From the NCBI GenBank assembly GCA_963674945.2, contig CAXXWQ010000003.1, positions 2,016,001 through 2,080,000 on the forward strand: a stretch of 64,000 nucleotides of DNA. Direction: 5' to 3'. Each line of letters begins with the position of its first letter. The first letter of the stretch is position 1. Source of the stretch: an uncultured Desulfosarcina sp. (lineage in GTDB: Bacteria; Desulfobacterota; Desulfobacteria; Desulfobacterales; Desulfosarcinaceae). A program made the translations under genes and the position numbers. A model generated the notes under the pieces. The model saw nothing but the letters and a program-made list of their open reading frames with translations. It ran no database searches and was not told the origin of the DNA. Below are positions 37,021 to 48,590 of this stretch, in pieces.

Positions 37021-38817
37021 TCACTCCGAGTCGGTCTTTAACACTGCGAGAAAAGCGGACTGGGGCAGCATCACCTGTCCCACCATCTTCATTCGCTTCT
37101 TTCCTTTTTTCTGTTTTTCCAGCAATTTTCGTTTGCGGGTGATGTCGCCGCCGTAGCATTTTGCCGTCACGTCCTTGCGGAAGGCCGATACGGTGGAGCG
37201 TGAGATGATCTTTCCGCCGATGGCGCCCTGAATGGCGATTTTGAACATCTGACGGGGGATTTCATCTTTCAGTTTGTCGCAGGCAACGCGTGCGCGTGAC
37301 ACGGCGTTCTCCCTGTGGATCAGCATGGAAAGCGCATCCACCCGTTCTCCGTTGATGAGAAAATCCAGCTTGACCAGATCGGTTTTTCGATACTCGATCA
37401 ACTCGTAGTCGAATGAGCCATACCCTTGTGTGATCGACTTGAGTTTGTCGTAAAAGTCGTAGATCACTTCGGCCAGGGGAAGTTCGAAAATCATCTCCAG
37501 TCGGTCGTTGGTCAGGTACTGGTAGTTCTTGTTGATGCCACGCCGTTCCAGGCAGAGCTTCATCACCGCGCCCATATAGCGGTCCGGAACCATGATGGAT
37601 GCCTTAATGTAAGGCTCCATGGCATACTCGATGCTCGTGGGGTCGGGATAGATGGCCGGGTTGTCGATCACCAGCTCTTCCCCGTCATTCATAATCAGCC
37701 GGTATCGCACCGAAGGGGCGGTGAGAATCAAGGAGAGGTCGTATTCCCGTTCCAGCCGCTCCTGGACCACTTCCAGGTGGAGCAATCCGAGAAAACCGCA
37801 TCGAAACCCGAATCCCAGTGCGGCACTGCTGTCCTTTTCGTAGATCAGCGAGGCGTCATTGAGTTTGAGCTTCTCCATGGCCACGGATAGGTCTTCGTAA
37901 GCATCGGAGGCCACCGGATAAATAGACGAGAAAACCACTGGTTTGGCTTCTTTAAAACCAGGCAGTGGCGCATCACAGGGGTGTTTGTGAAGGGTCACCG
38001 TATCGCCGCAACGGGTATCGCTCACTGTCTTGATGCCGGCGATCATGTAGCCCACTTCTCCGGCCGAAAGTTCTTTTCTCGGAACCCGAACGATCTGGAA
38101 GATGCCTACCTCCTCGACCCTGTATGTGGCGTCGTTGGAAATGAACCGTATTCGATCACCTGCCCGCAGCGTCCCCTCCTTGATGCGCAGATGGACGATG
38201 GTTCCACGGAAAGAATCATAATGGGAGTCGAATATCAGCCCCTGAAGCGGCTTTTCCGGGTCCCCAATCGGTGGCGGGAGCCTGTTGACCACCGCTTCCA
38301 TGATGTCCTGGATACCGATGCCCTCTTTTGCAGACGCCAGGATGGCCGTTTCCGACTCCAATCCCAGATCTTCCTCGATCTGGCCCTTGACCCGGTCGAT
38401 GTCGGCGGATGGCAGGTCGATCTTGTTGATCACCGGTATGATTTCCAGGTTGTGTTCCAGAGCGAGGTACAGGTTGGCCAGGGTCTGGGCCTCCACTCCC
38501 TGACTGGCATCGATCAGTAAAAGGGCGCCTTCGCACGAGGCCAGGGCCCGGGAAACCTCGTAGGTGAAATCCACATGTCCCGGCGTATCGATAAGGTTCA
38601 GGTCGTAGGTTTTGCCGTCTTTGGCCTTGTAAGGCAGGCAAACGGTCTGGCTCTTGATGGTGATGCCCCTTTCTCTTTCGATGTCCATGGAGTCCAGAAT
38701 CTGGTCCTTGAAATCCCTGTCCGAAATGATCTTGCTGGATTCGATCAGACGGTCCGAGAGGGTGGATTTGCCGTGGTCGATATGGGCGATGATGCTGAAG
38801 TTTCGTATGTTTTTCAT
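37021..38817 (-). CDS. lepA: Elongation factor 4 (598 aa from MKNIRNF)
   Basis: [22 protein letters not shown] and [18 protein letters not shown]. Confidence 0.98.
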   Translation of the reverse strand: MKNIRNFSIIAHIDHGKSTLSDRLIESSKIISDRDFKDQILDSMDIERERGITIKSQTVCLPYKAKDGKTYDLNLIDTPGHVDFTYEVSRALASCEGALLLIDASQGVEAQTLANLYLALEHNLEIIPVINKIDLPSADIDRVKGQIEEDLGLESETAILASAKEGIGIQDIMEAVVNRLPPPIGDPEKPLQGLIFDSHYDSFRGTIVHLRIKEGTLRAGDRIRFISNDATYRVEEVGIFQIVRVPRKELSAGEVGYMIAGIKTVSDTRCGDTVTLHKHPCDAPLPGFKEAKPVVFSSIYPVASDAYEDLSVAMEKLKLNDASLIYEKDSSAALGFGFRCGFLGLLHLEVVQERLEREYDLSLILTAPSVRYRLIMNDGEELVIDNPAIYPDPTSIEYAMEPYIKASIMVPDRYMGAVMKLCLERRGINKNYQYLTNDRLEMIFELPLAEVIYDFYDKLKSITQGYGSFDYELIEYRKTDLVKLDFLINGERVDALSMLIHRENAVSRARVACDKLKDEIPRQMFKIAIQGAIGGKIISRSTVSAFRKDVTAKCYGGDITRKRKLLEKQKKGKKRMKMVGQVMLPQSAFLAVLKTDSE

Positions 38818-39073
38818 TTTGCTATAGGATTCGTTGTAAACAAACCGAACGATGAAAGCACTATCGTGCTGTTGAATATCCGGCCGACGGAACGAATAGC
38901 CAAGCCCACCGCTTTGCCGATGGTCGTTGACTGGCCAATGTTGTTCCCATCTGCCGGTTGACACTAGAATTCAACATGGGTATAATTCATTTATTTCTTA
39001 AAAATTTTTATTAATATCAGATCGTTTTCGCACATGTCAACCCGTATCCCGACATGGTCTTTGGGTAGGTGAA

Positions 39074-39994
39074 ATGGCCTATATGACGCCTCACATCCTT
39101 ATCGTTGACGACGACCGTGACATTCGGGATTCCATGCACGAATACATCGAAATTTCCGGATTCGGGGCATCCGTGGCTTCCTGTGCGGAAGAGGCGCTCC
39201 ATGTTTTGTCCACAAACAACGTCGAGGTTGTCATTACCGATATCATGCTGCCCGGCATGGACGGACTGACGCTGACCGATCACATAAAACGCCTCCATGA
39301 GGTGGATGTGATCGTCATGACCAGCTACAGCACGGAATATTCCTACGAGGAGGCGATCAACAAAGGGGCAAGCGACTTCATTTTCAAGCCCGTTCGACTC
39401 GAGGAACTGGTATTACGACTCAAGCGGGTGCTCAAGGAACGGCAACTGAACCAAGAACGATTCCACATGTTGGAAAAGCTGAAAGAGCTTTCCATTACGG
39501 ACGGGTTGACCAAGCTGTATAATTCCCGGCATTTCTATGATCAGGTCAAGGGAGAAATAGAGCGCTTTAACCGATACGGCCACCAATTGAGCCTGCTTTT
39601 GCTGGATATCGACAACTTCAAGGATTTCAACGATACTCACGGCCACTTGGAAGGAGACAAGGTTCTCGTTCGCATCGCAAAGATCATTCGGTCCTGTCTT
39701 CGAAAGATGGACACCGCCTATCGTTACGGCGGCGAGGAGTTTACGATCATATTGCCGGGTACCCACGGCGAAGAAGCCCGGACAGTTGCCGAACGACTTC
39801 GATCTGCGGTGGCGGCCGAGGACTTCGGCCCGGATCCTGCTTCGCGGCTGAAGATCACCATCAGTATCGGTGTGACGCAATATTGCCAATCCGAAGAGAT
39901 ATCCAGTTTCGTTCAGCGCGCAGACAAAGCCATGTATAAGTCCAAACAGGCCGGTAGAAACCTGGTCTCATGTCTTTTTGACCCAGCTGGATGA
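39074..39994 (+). CDS. Response-regulator diguanylate cyclase (REC-GGDEF)
   Basis: ILIVDDD/TDIMLPGMDG receiver; RKMD I-site and RYGGEEF. Confidence 0.94.
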   Translation: MAYMTPHILIVDDDRDIRDSMHEYIEISGFGASVASCAEEALHVLSTNNVEVVITDIMLPGMDGLTLTDHIKRLHEVDVIVMTSYSTEYSYEEAINKGASDFIFKPVRLEELVLRLKRVLKERQLNQERFHMLEKLKELSITDGLTKLYNSRHFYDQVKGEIERFNRYGHQLSLLLLDIDNFKDFNDTHGHLEGDKVLVRIAKIIRSCLRKMDTAYRYGGEEFTIILPGTHGEEARTVAERLRSAVAAEDFGPDPASRLKITISIGVTQYCQSEEISSFVQRADKAMYKSKQAGRNLVSCLFDPAG

Positions 39995-40309
39995 TAGCAT
40001 CACAGACTGTCCGCACAGTGGCGTGGGTATTGTAAGGCCCTCTCCAATGGAGGATTGCCGTCTTCAATATTTAACATCCCACCGGCAAGAAAAACATAAG
40101 AATTTGAACATAGAAGATCCAATATCGACGTTGAATAGTAAATTCTATCCTATATGAACGATGAAGCGAAGCGATCGAATTTTTCGAAAGTTGATGTTTA
40201 CCGATAGTAAAAAATGGCTTTCTGAAATTTTTGCCAATCAGGTTCGTCCCGAATCTCTTTGGTTTGTTTGGTTATCGTAACCTGCAAAGGAAGAAATGGG
40301 GGTGCATTC

Positions 40310-40834
40310 ATGGAACTACAGGGAAAAAAGATCGTTATCCTGGTGGAGACATTATACAACGAATTCGAATTCTGGTATCCTTTCTATCGCCTCAAGGAAG
40401 CCGGCGCTCAGGTCATCGTTGTGGGGTCCGGAAGTTCCGATACCTACGCCAGCAAGGCAGGACTATCGGTGACGGTGGATACCACGGCGGACCAGGTTGC
40501 GGTTGAAACGTACGATGGCGTGATCATACCCGGTGGATATGCACCGGACCACATGCGTCGTTATCCGGCAATGGTGAACCTGGTCAAAGAATTCTTTCAA
40601 ACGGGAAAGCTGGTCGCCGCCATCTGCCATGCCGGATGGATGCTTGTTTCCGCAGATGTTCTGCAAGGAAAGAAGGTGACCTCCTATTTTTCCATTCGGG
40701 ACGACATGGTCAACGCCGGTGGAAATTGGGTTGACGAACCGGTGGTGATCGACGGACATCTGGTGACCAGCCGCATGCCCGACGACCTCCCTTTTTTCAT
40801 GCAGGCCATCATACAAATTTTGGGGCCGGTATGA
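40310..40834 (+). CDS. PfpI/DJ-1 family protein
   Basis: IIPGGYAPD, AAICHAGW and VTSRMPDDL; start MELQG. Confidence 0.92.
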   Translation: MELQGKKIVILVETLYNEFEFWYPFYRLKEAGAQVIVVGSGSSDTYASKAGLSVTVDTTADQVAVETYDGVIIPGGYAPDHMRRYPAMVNLVKEFFQTGKLVAAICHAGWMLVSADVLQGKKVTSYFSIRDDMVNAGGNWVDEPVVIDGHLVTSRMPDDLPFFMQAIIQILGPV

Positions 40835-40981
40835 GTCGATTGTTGACGTCGAACGTTGAACGTCGGCGCGTCCAACCTCGGCAGATGCAATCGCTTCGCT
40901 CCACTACTGAAGAAGAAGTCCCAATCACCAAACGCCATATCACAATGAAAAAGCGTTGAAATCCCGCATTTTCATAAAATT

Positions 40982-41103
40982 CTAACTTTCTCCTAACATG
41001 TTTCTAACAATTCGCGGATAGATTGGAGCCACTTTGGCGTTGAGATTCGATGAAAATAAAACAAGTTAACATGATGCTAATCGAATCTTAACAAAAAACT
41101 AAC
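40982..41103 (+). promoter_or_regulatory. Pho-box-like 11-bp-periodic repeats upstream of pstS
   Basis: CTAAC at 40982, 40993 and 41004; YTAAY at 41066, 41077, 41088 and 41099. Confidence 0.7.
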
Positions 41104-41150
41104 AAACGGCACCTCGCCTTTAGAAAGAAACAAACGGAGGAAATCAGAAG

Positions 41151-41969
41151 ATGAAGAAACTAATTTTCACGATCGTGACCGTCATCGCAGCCGCGACGTT
41201 GAGTGTCGCCTCGGCAACGGCCGGTAACCTTGTCATTAAAGGATCGACCACGGTGCTGCCCATCTCCCAATTGGCTGTCGAAGCCTACATGAAAGCACAC
41301 CCGGATGTGAACATCTCCCTTTCCGGTGGCGGCTCCAGCAATGGCATCAAGGCCATCATCGACGGGTCCACCGACATCGCCAATGCCTCCCGCTTCATCA
41401 AGGACAAAGAGGTTGCCCTGGCCCAGGAAAAAGGGGTGTACCCGGTACCGTTCGCCGTTGCATACGACTCCATCATTCCGGTGGTTCATCCCAGCAACAA
41501 CCTGACGGCCATCACTTCCGCCCAGCTCAAGGACATCTACATGGGCAAGATCACCAATTTCAAAGAGATCGGCGGTCCGGATCTCAAAATCGTCATCTGC
41601 TCCCGGGACACCTCTTCGGGCACCTATGAAACCTGGGAAGGGAAAATCATGAAAAAGGAGCGGGTCACCCCCCGTGCCCAGGTAATGGCCTCCAACGGTG
41701 CCATCGTCCAGGCCGTTTCCAACAACAAACACGCCATCGGCTACATCGGCATCGGCTACGTAAGCGATGCCGTCAAGGCCCTGAAGGTGGACGGCGTCGA
41801 AGGCACCAAGGAGAGCACGTTGAACGGAACTTTTCCCATCAGCCGGCCGTTGTTCATGTTCACCAACGGATGGCCCAAGGGTGACACCTTGAACTTCGTC
41901 AACTACATGCTTCACCCTGAAAAAGGTCAAAAACACGTGGAGAAGAGTGGATACGTACCGCTGTACTAA
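41151..41969 (+). CDS. pstS: Phosphate ABC transporter substrate-binding protein
   Basis: GSTTV, SGGGSSNG and RDTSSGT. Confidence 0.95.
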   Translation: MKKLIFTIVTVIAAATLSVASATAGNLVIKGSTTVLPISQLAVEAYMKAHPDVNISLSGGGSSNGIKAIIDGSTDIANASRFIKDKEVALAQEKGVYPVPFAVAYDSIIPVVHPSNNLTAITSAQLKDIYMGKITNFKEIGGPDLKIVICSRDTSSGTYETWEGKIMKKERVTPRAQVMASNGAIVQAVSNNKHAIGYIGIGYVSDAVKALKVDGVEGTKESTLNGTFPISRPLFMFTNGWPKGDTLNFVNYMLHPEKGQKHVEKSGYVPLY

Positions 41970-42241
41970 TCACATTTTTAACCTTGGGTTTATACCCGAG
42001 CGATTCGAAGAGTTTCTGACCAATCCTGTTAGGAGCTATATCGGCAAACGTTTTTAACATCGAACATTGAACGTCGAACGCCCAACGTCGAATGAGGAGA
42101 TGCTTTGCTCCGTCGATTGATATAAAAACGACAGAATTCCTTATTCGATGTTCGAAGTTGGACGTTCCGTGTTCGATATTCGTCGCTCTGGTTTCTGGTC
42201 ATCTTCGAGAGGACTTCATTAGACCATCCATAGGAAGTGCC

Positions 42242-43135
42242 ATGGCCAACCGCCGCCAAACCACAGAAAAATCCATGCAGGCGATGTTTTTCATCATCGC
42301 CACGGCATCCATCACCATCTTGTTTCTGATCATGGTCTTCCTCTTCAAGGAGGGATTGCCCATCTTCAAGACGGTGTCCGTTACCGATTTTCTATTGGGA
42401 AAGTATTGGTATCCCACTTCCGAACCGCCCGATTTCGGCATCTTTCCCCTGATCGTCGCCTCGGTATTGGTGACTGCTGTGTCGGGTGTGATCTCCATCC
42501 CATTGGGCGTCATGACGGCCATCTACCTGTCTGAAATCGCAAGACCGAGGGTCGGCGAAATTGTCAAGCCCATTGTTGAACTTCTTGCCGCACTGCCTTC
42601 GGTGGTCATCGGATTTTTCGGCATGGTGCTGGTTGCGCCTTTTCTCCAGCGGGTTTTCGGCATTCCCACCGGGCTGAACCTGTTTAACGCCTCCTTGATG
42701 CTGGCGTTCATGTCCATTCCCACCATCTGCAGCATTTCCGAGGATGCCATTCACAGCGTACCGAATGCCCTGCGCGAGGCTTCCGTGGCGTTGGGGGCCA
42801 CGCAACTGCAAACCATCGTACGGGTGGTGGTGCCCGCATCCTTGTCGGGGATCAGCACGGCCGTCATCCTCGGCCTCTCCCGGGCAGTGGGCGAGACCAT
42901 GGTGGTGCTCATGGTTGCCGGTGGTGCCGCCATGCTCCCGTTATCCATCTTCGATCCGGTTCGGCCCATGCCTGCCAGCATTGCCGCCGAGATGGCCGAA
43001 GCCCCTGTGGGCGGTGAACACTACTACGCCCTGTTCGCCACCGGCATCGTTCTTTTCGTCTTTACACTGATTTTCAACATCATTGCGGATACCATTGCCC
43101 ACCGCTACGCCCAGGTGGGGGAGGCGTCATTGTAA
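42242..43135 (+). CDS. pstC: Phosphate ABC transporter permease
   Basis: ELLAALPSVVIG and RAVGETM; likely start MANRR. Confidence 0.93.
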   Translation: MANRRQTTEKSMQAMFFIIATASITILFLIMVFLFKEGLPIFKTVSVTDFLLGKYWYPTSEPPDFGIFPLIVASVLVTAVSGVISIPLGVMTAIYLSEIARPRVGEIVKPIVELLAALPSVVIGFFGMVLVAPFLQRVFGIPTGLNLFNASLMLAFMSIPTICSISEDAIHSVPNALREASVALGATQLQTIVRVVVPASLSGISTAVILGLSRAVGETMVVLMVAGGAAMLPLSIFDPVRPMPASIAAEMAEAPVGGEHYYALFATGIVLFVFTLIFNIIADTIAHRYAQVGEASL

Positions 43136-44127
43136 TGAACGAATTGTTCGTATCCGACAGTCCGGCTGAACGTGATCCGGATGGATCCATTGACGCCACA
43201 TCGACACCAAGCCGACAAGGGGATCAGACCATGTCCAACCATGCAACCCCGTTTCCCGAGTCAAACGCGGCATACGATAGGCGCCGTCGATGGAAACAGG
43301 CCATATTTTTCTCCTTGTTTCGTGGTGCCGCCGCTCTCAATGGCATTGCCCTTGTCGTGATCATCTATTTCATGGTGGCCAACGGATGGCGTGCCATCAG
43401 TTGGGAATTTCTTACCCAGCCCCCCATGGAATCCATGACCAAAGGGGGAATATTACCCTGCATCGTCGGAACGTTTGCCTTGAGTTTCGGCGCCATCATC
43501 GTTGCGTTGCCCATCGGGATCGCCTCGGCGATTTATCTGAACGAGTATGCGCGTTCCGGGAAGGTGGTTCGTTTCATCCGTTTGGGTATCAATAACCTGG
43601 CCGGCGTGCCGTCCGTGGTATTCGGACTCTTCGGCCTGGCATTTTTCGTGGTCATCCTCAAAATGGGGGTGAGCATCGCAGCCGGCGCATTGACGCTGGG
43701 TGCCATGAGCCTGCCGGTGATCATCGGTGCCACGGAAGAAGCACTCAAATCCGTGCCGGACACCTACCGGGAGGCTTCCCTGGGTCTTGGGGCCACCAAA
43801 TGGCAAACCATTTGGCGCGTCGTGTTGCCGTCGGCCATGCCGGGTATCCTGACAGGCGCCATTTTGGGTATCAGTCGTGCAGCCGGTGAGACGGCGCCCA
43901 TCATGTTCACCGGTGCCGTCTTTTTTACCCCCAAGCTGCCCTCATCCATTTTCAATGAGGTGATGGCGCTTCCTTACCATATTTACGTCCTGGCTACCGC
44001 CGGAACACAGATCGAAAAGACGCGTCATCTGCAATATGGTACGGCAATCGTATTGATCGCCCTGGTTCTGGGAATGAATCTTTTGGCCATCATATGGCGA
44101 ACCCGCCTTCGGAATCGGCTGAAATAA
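43135..44127 (+). CDS. pstA: Phosphate ABC transporter permease (start may be 43231)
   Basis: NLAGVPSVVFGLFG and RAAGETAP. Confidence 0.93.
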   Translation: MNELFVSDSPAERDPDGSIDATSTPSRQGDQTMSNHATPFPESNAAYDRRRRWKQAIFFSLFRGAAALNGIALVVIIYFMVANGWRAISWEFLTQPPMESMTKGGILPCIVGTFALSFGAIIVALPIGIASAIYLNEYARSGKVVRFIRLGINNLAGVPSVVFGLFGLAFFVVILKMGVSIAAGALTLGAMSLPVIIGATEEALKSVPDTYREASLGLGATKWQTIWRVVLPSAMPGILTGAILGISRAAGETAPIMFTGAVFFTPKLPSSIFNEVMALPYHIYVLATAGTQIEKTRHLQYGTAIVLIALVLGMNLLAIIWRTRLRNRLK

Positions 44128-44230
44128 GTGATGGCAAATATTACCATAAAAACTTACAATCACTTTCTTTAGGGAACATCGCACGTAGGATGCACTCTTT
44201 GTGAGTAAGGTTGCATAACAGGATTTACCA

Positions 44231-44992
44231 ATGGAAACAGCCTATAAAATGTCTTCGGAGGACCTTGATTTCTACTATGGCAGCTTCAAGGCGCTGCACG
44301 GCGTTACCCTGGATTTCAAACCGCGCGAGGTGACAGCCCTCATCGGTCCATCCGGCTGCGGAAAGAGCACCTTTTTGCGCTGCCTAAACCGAATGAACGA
44401 TTTGATTCCCATCAGCCGTGTGGACGGTAAAATCAATCTCGATGGCGAAGACATCTACGCACCATCAGTGGATGTGGTGATGCTCCGCAGAAAGGTGGGC
44501 ATGGTATTTCAAAAGCCCAATCCCTTCCCAAAGTCCATCTTCGATAATGTGGCCTACGGCCTTTGGGTCAATGGGATCAAAAACAAGGCATATGTCCATG
44601 ATCGGGTGGTGGAAAGCCTGAAGCAGGCCGCCATATGGGAAGAGGTGAAGGATCGGCTGGCAGATACCGCACTGGGTCTTTCCGGCGGTCAGCAGCAACG
44701 ATTGTGCATCGCCCGGGCACTGGCGGTGAAGCCGGAGGTACTTCTCATGGACGAGCCGGCTTCCGCGCTTGATCCCATCGCCACCCAGAAAATCGAAGAG
44801 TTGATTCACCAGCTCAAGGAGACCTACACGATTATCATCGTTACCCACAACATGCAGCAGGCGGCGCGTGTGTCCGACGTGACAGCCTTTTTTTACATGG
44901 GGAAGCTCATCGAAGTGGGGGAGACGGATACGATTTTTACACGGCCAAAGAAAAAGCAGACTGAAGACTATATAACGGGTCGATTCGGGTAA
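44231..44992 (+). CDS. pstB: Phosphate ABC transporter ATPase
   Basis: [17 protein letters not shown] and YITGRFG. Confidence 0.97.
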   Translation: METAYKMSSEDLDFYYGSFKALHGVTLDFKPREVTALIGPSGCGKSTFLRCLNRMNDLIPISRVDGKINLDGEDIYAPSVDVVMLRRKVGMVFQKPNPFPKSIFDNVAYGLWVNGIKNKAYVHDRVVESLKQAAIWEEVKDRLADTALGLSGGQQQRLCIARALAVKPEVLLMDEPASALDPIATQKIEELIHQLKETYTIIIVTHNMQQAARVSDVTAFFYMGKLIEVGETDTIFTRPKKKQTEDYITGRFG

Positions 44993-45195
44993 TAGGTGCC
45001 CATCCAGGAATGGCCAATTTGCACAGTATCGTTGTTGAAAAAAATTTATCCTCAAAATATCACTCATATACACCCCAAGGGCATTTCCTTCGGGGCACCT
45101 CCGGTAAACCCGAGATTAAATTGGTCGCGCGCTTCGATATCGACCCAATTTTCTCATTTCTGGACGGAAACTGAATTCACAGGGAACGGTACAAC

Positions 45196-45855
45196 ATGAA
45201 ACACTTTCAAAGAGAACTCGATAAGATCAAGAAGATGATTTTATCCTTGGGGGCACTGGTTGAACAAAGGGTAGCCCGCATCAAGGATGCCATAGAGGAA
45301 AGGGATGCCGCGCTGGCAAAAGAGATCATCCATCTGGACCATGAAATCGATGAAATGGAGGTGGAGATCGAAGAGGAGTGTCTCAAGGTCATCGCCCTTC
45401 ATCAGCCGGTGGCCGCAGATCTTCGCTTCCTCGTCGCCGTCATAAAGATCAATAATGATTTGGAACGGATCGGCGATCAGGTGGTCAACATCGCCGAACG
45501 GGTCGTGCGGGTCGCAAAGCGCCCCGTGGCGCCTTTCGAATTCGACTATTCGGTCATGGCGGACAAGGCGGAGTCCATGCTTCGAATGAGCCTCGACAGT
45601 CTTGTTAACCAGGACATCGACCTGGCCATCAAGGTCCTGCAACTGGATGACGAAGTGGACAAAATCAAAAGCGATGCATATGACCGCATTAAAGAGGCGA
45701 TGACGAACGAGGTAACCAAGGATGTCGGGTACATGTTCAATCTGCTTCTGATTTCCCGTCATATCGAGCGTCTTGCGGATCATGCCACCAATATCGCGGA
45801 AGAAGTCATCTACATGATCGAAGGTGAGATTGTCCGGCACGGCAGACTGGAATGA
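45196..45855 (+). CDS. phoU: Phosphate signalling protein
   Basis: QPVAADLR, LERIGD and ERLADHATNIAE. Confidence 0.96.
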   Translation: MKHFQRELDKIKKMILSLGALVEQRVARIKDAIEERDAALAKEIIHLDHEIDEMEVEIEEECLKVIALHQPVAADLRFLVAVIKINNDLERIGDQVVNIAERVVRVAKRPVAPFEFDYSVMADKAESMLRMSLDSLVNQDIDLAIKVLQLDDEVDKIKSDAYDRIKEAMTNEVTKDVGYMFNLLLISRHIERLADHATNIAEEVIYMIEGEIVRHGRLE

Positions 45856-45895
45856 CAGAGTTTTTACACTACCAACGAAATAGTCAGGTCTCACA

Positions 45896-46585
45896 ATGAA
45901 AAAAGATAAGATCCTGGTCGTAGACGATGAGGAGGATATCCTCGAACTGGTGCGCTATAATCTTGCACGCGATGGATTCGCCGTGATCTGTGCTTCCTCA
46001 GGAGAGGAGGCGCTGAAACTGGCTTCATCGGATTCGGTGGATCTTGTCATACTGGATCTTATGCTTCCGGGAATTGACGGACTTCAGGTGGCACGAAGGC
46101 TCAAAGAGAATCCAAGTACCAAAGACACTCCCATCGTGATGCTGACTGCCAAGGGTGAAGAGGCGGATATTGTTACCGGACTGGAGCTGGGGGCGGATGA
46201 CTATGTGACCAAGCCCTTTTCTCCACGAATTCTCATCGCCAGAGTAAAAGCGGTCATCCGAAGACGCAGCGGTGATGCGGAACCGAACGGCGAGGTGTTG
46301 AACATCCGCGAATTGTCCATTCATACGGGACGCCGGCATGTGACGGCAAACGGTAAATCACTGGATCTGACCTACACGGAATTTCAGGTCCTCTATTTTT
46401 TGGCACGTCGTCCGGGATGGGTGTTCACGCGATCCCAGATCGTGGATGCCGTGCGCGGTGATGACTATCCGGTCACCGATCGAAGTGTGGACGTTCAGAT
46501 CGTTGGATTGAGAAAAAAGCTGGGGCACCTGGGAAGTTATATTGAAACCGTCCGGGGGGTAGGCTACAGGTTCATCGAAACATGA
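45896..46585 (+). CDS. phoB: OmpR-family response regulator (PhoB/PhoP)
   Basis: REC + winged helix, within the pst-phoU cluster. Confidence 0.88.
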   Translation: MKKDKILVVDDEEDILELVRYNLARDGFAVICASSGEEALKLASSDSVDLVILDLMLPGIDGLQVARRLKENPSTKDTPIVMLTAKGEEADIVTGLELGADDYVTKPFSPRILIARVKAVIRRRSGDAEPNGEVLNIRELSIHTGRRHVTANGKSLDLTYTEFQVLYFLARRPGWVFTRSQIVDAVRGDDYPVTDRSVDVQIVGLRKKLGHLGSYIETVRGVGYRFIET

Positions 46586-48366
46586 AGAATAAAAAACGGC
46601 TGATCACACAGTTATTTCCATCATACCTGCTTATCACCCTCTTGTCGTTGTTCGCCGTAAGCTGGTATGTTTTAAGCTTCACACGCCAGTTTTATCTGGA
46701 ACGCACCCAGGTCGACCTGGAGATTAACGGACGATTGCTGGAAAAGCAGGTGGCCCGGTTGCTATCTCCCCTGAAGGCCGATGCCATCGACCGGCTTTGC
46801 AAGGATGCCGCAGGCGAAACCATCACCCGGGTCACCGTCATCCTGCCGGATGGGAAGGTCGTGGGGGACAGCGAAGAGGATCCGGCCAACATGGTAAGCC
46901 ATCTGGATCGGGAAGAGATCAGCACTGCGTTTCACGGAAAAGTGGGGATGAGCATCCGCAACAGCGAAACTCTTGACCTGGAGATGATGTACGTGGCCGT
47001 CCCGATTTTCTCGGGATCCTCTTTGCTCGGTGTGCTTCGCACGTCCATTCCCATAACAGCCATTCAGGAGCGTCTGTCGACCATCCGTTCACGCATCGCC
47101 GTCGGTGTTTTCCTCGTGGCACTTTTGGCATCAGGGGTGAGCTGGTATGTCTCCAAAAGAATCACCATTCCCATCGAACGCTTAAAAAACGGTGCACAGC
47201 GTTTTGCCGCAGGCGACCTGCAGCACCGACTGCTGCCCCATGACAATTATGAATTCTCCGCATTGGCCGACTCCATGAATCAGATGGCCCAGCAGCTTGA
47301 ACTGCGCCTGGAAGAGATTGTCAGCCAGCGTCGAAAGAGCGAAGCGGTTCTTTCCAGCATGCACGAAGGGGTTATCGCCACGGACATGGAGCAGCGGGTG
47401 ATCAGCATCAATCCCGCCGCTGCCGGGATGTTTGCCGTACGAACGGAAACGATCATCGGTCGAAGTGTTCTGGAGGTCATCCGCAACCTGGATTTCCAGG
47501 AGTTGGTGACCCGAAGCCTTTCCTCGGGAGAAACCCTGGAATCCGATTTCGTATACCACATCGATTCGGAACGGATCTTCAATGTCCATTGCACGCCACT
47601 TTTAGACAACATGAAAAAGCGTTTGGGGGGGCTTCTCGTCATCAGTGACGTCACCCAATTGCGTCGTCTGGAAAACATGCGCCGTGATTTTGCCGCATCC
47701 GTCTCCCACGAAATCAAGACACCGCTCACCGCCATCAAGGGATTTGTCGAGACATTGGTCACGGGTGAAATGGACGAGCCGGAACAGACACGGCGGTTTC
47801 TCATCATCATCGAAAAACACGTAAACCGGCTCACCAATATCATCGAAGACCTGATGCAATTATCCCGCATCGAACGGGACGACGAATTTCAGCAGATCGG
47901 ATTCGCAGAATGCCGGATCGAAAATGTTCTCAAGACGGCCATCGGCATTTTGGAAGAGAGTATCCAGGAGAAGGGAATCGATGTACAATTAACTTGTGAT
48001 CCGAAGCTGACGGGGCGTTTCGATGCCACCTTGCTGGAACAGGCGGCCGTCAACCTTCTGGATAACGCCGTCAAATACAGCCCGGCAAAGAGCGCCGTCC
48101 AGATCAATGCCAAAACCGAAGGGGACGAGATTCATATCCAATTCACCGACCAGGGGATGGGAATTGCCCAAAAGCACCTTCACCGTTTGTTCGAGCGTTT
48201 CTACCGCGTCGATAAAGCCCGTAGCCGGAGACTCGGTGGTACAGGCCTGGGGCTCGCCATCGTCAAGCACATCTTACAGGCTCACGGCGGTAGTGTTACC
48301 GTGGAAAGTGAACTGGAGAAGGGCAGCACGTTCACTCTTCGCCTACCCGTCAACACGGCCTCCTGA
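46582..48366 (+). CDS. phoR: Sensor histidine kinase (HAMP-PAS-HisKA-HATPase)
   Basis: VSHEIKTPLT and FERFYRVDKARSRRLGGTGLGL. Confidence 0.9.
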   Translation: MKNKKRLITQLFPSYLLITLLSLFAVSWYVLSFTRQFYLERTQVDLEINGRLLEKQVARLLSPLKADAIDRLCKDAAGETITRVTVILPDGKVVGDSEEDPANMVSHLDREEISTAFHGKVGMSIRNSETLDLEMMYVAVPIFSGSSLLGVLRTSIPITAIQERLSTIRSRIAVGVFLVALLASGVSWYVSKRITIPIERLKNGAQRFAAGDLQHRLLPHDNYEFSALADSMNQMAQQLELRLEEIVSQRRKSEAVLSSMHEGVIATDMEQRVISINPAAAGMFAVRTETIIGRSVLEVIRNLDFQELVTRSLSSGETLESDFVYHIDSERIFNVHCTPLLDNMKKRLGGLLVISDVTQLRRLENMRRDFAASVSHEIKTPLTAIKGFVETLVTGEMDEPEQTRRFLIIIEKHVNRLTNIIEDLMQLSRIERDDEFQQIGFAECRIENVLKTAIGILEESIQEKGIDVQLTCDPKLTGRFDATLLEQAAVNLLDNAVKYSPAKSAVQINAKTEGDEIHIQFTDQGMGIAQKHLHRLFERFYRVDKARSRRLGGTGLGLAIVKHILQAHGGSVTVESELEKGSTFTLRLPVNTAS

Positions 48367-48590
48367 TCTCCGAGCCCAAGTCATCCATTGCCGCCACATC
48401 CAGTGGCGGCGGATTGTTACGAGGGGATGCGGCAAATTGTCGCTGCCCCTTGTTTCATTCCGTGGCCTTGGTAAAAAACACTACGTTCAACATGCCGTGG
48501 AAAACATACTGGAATCGTACGATATTCCCTATTCGTTGTTCAAGCGAGGGAGGGCGGTGTGTAAGTCCTGGGTGTGGTCGAAGAGAGACG

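Noticed and set aside
38818..38964. N-terminal extensions in the ORF track for lepA (also pstC, pfpI, the TonB receptor and the integrase at 25141)
   Set aside because: Family-typical N-termini begin at downstream ATGs; the extensions run through intergenic, repeat or overlapping sequence.
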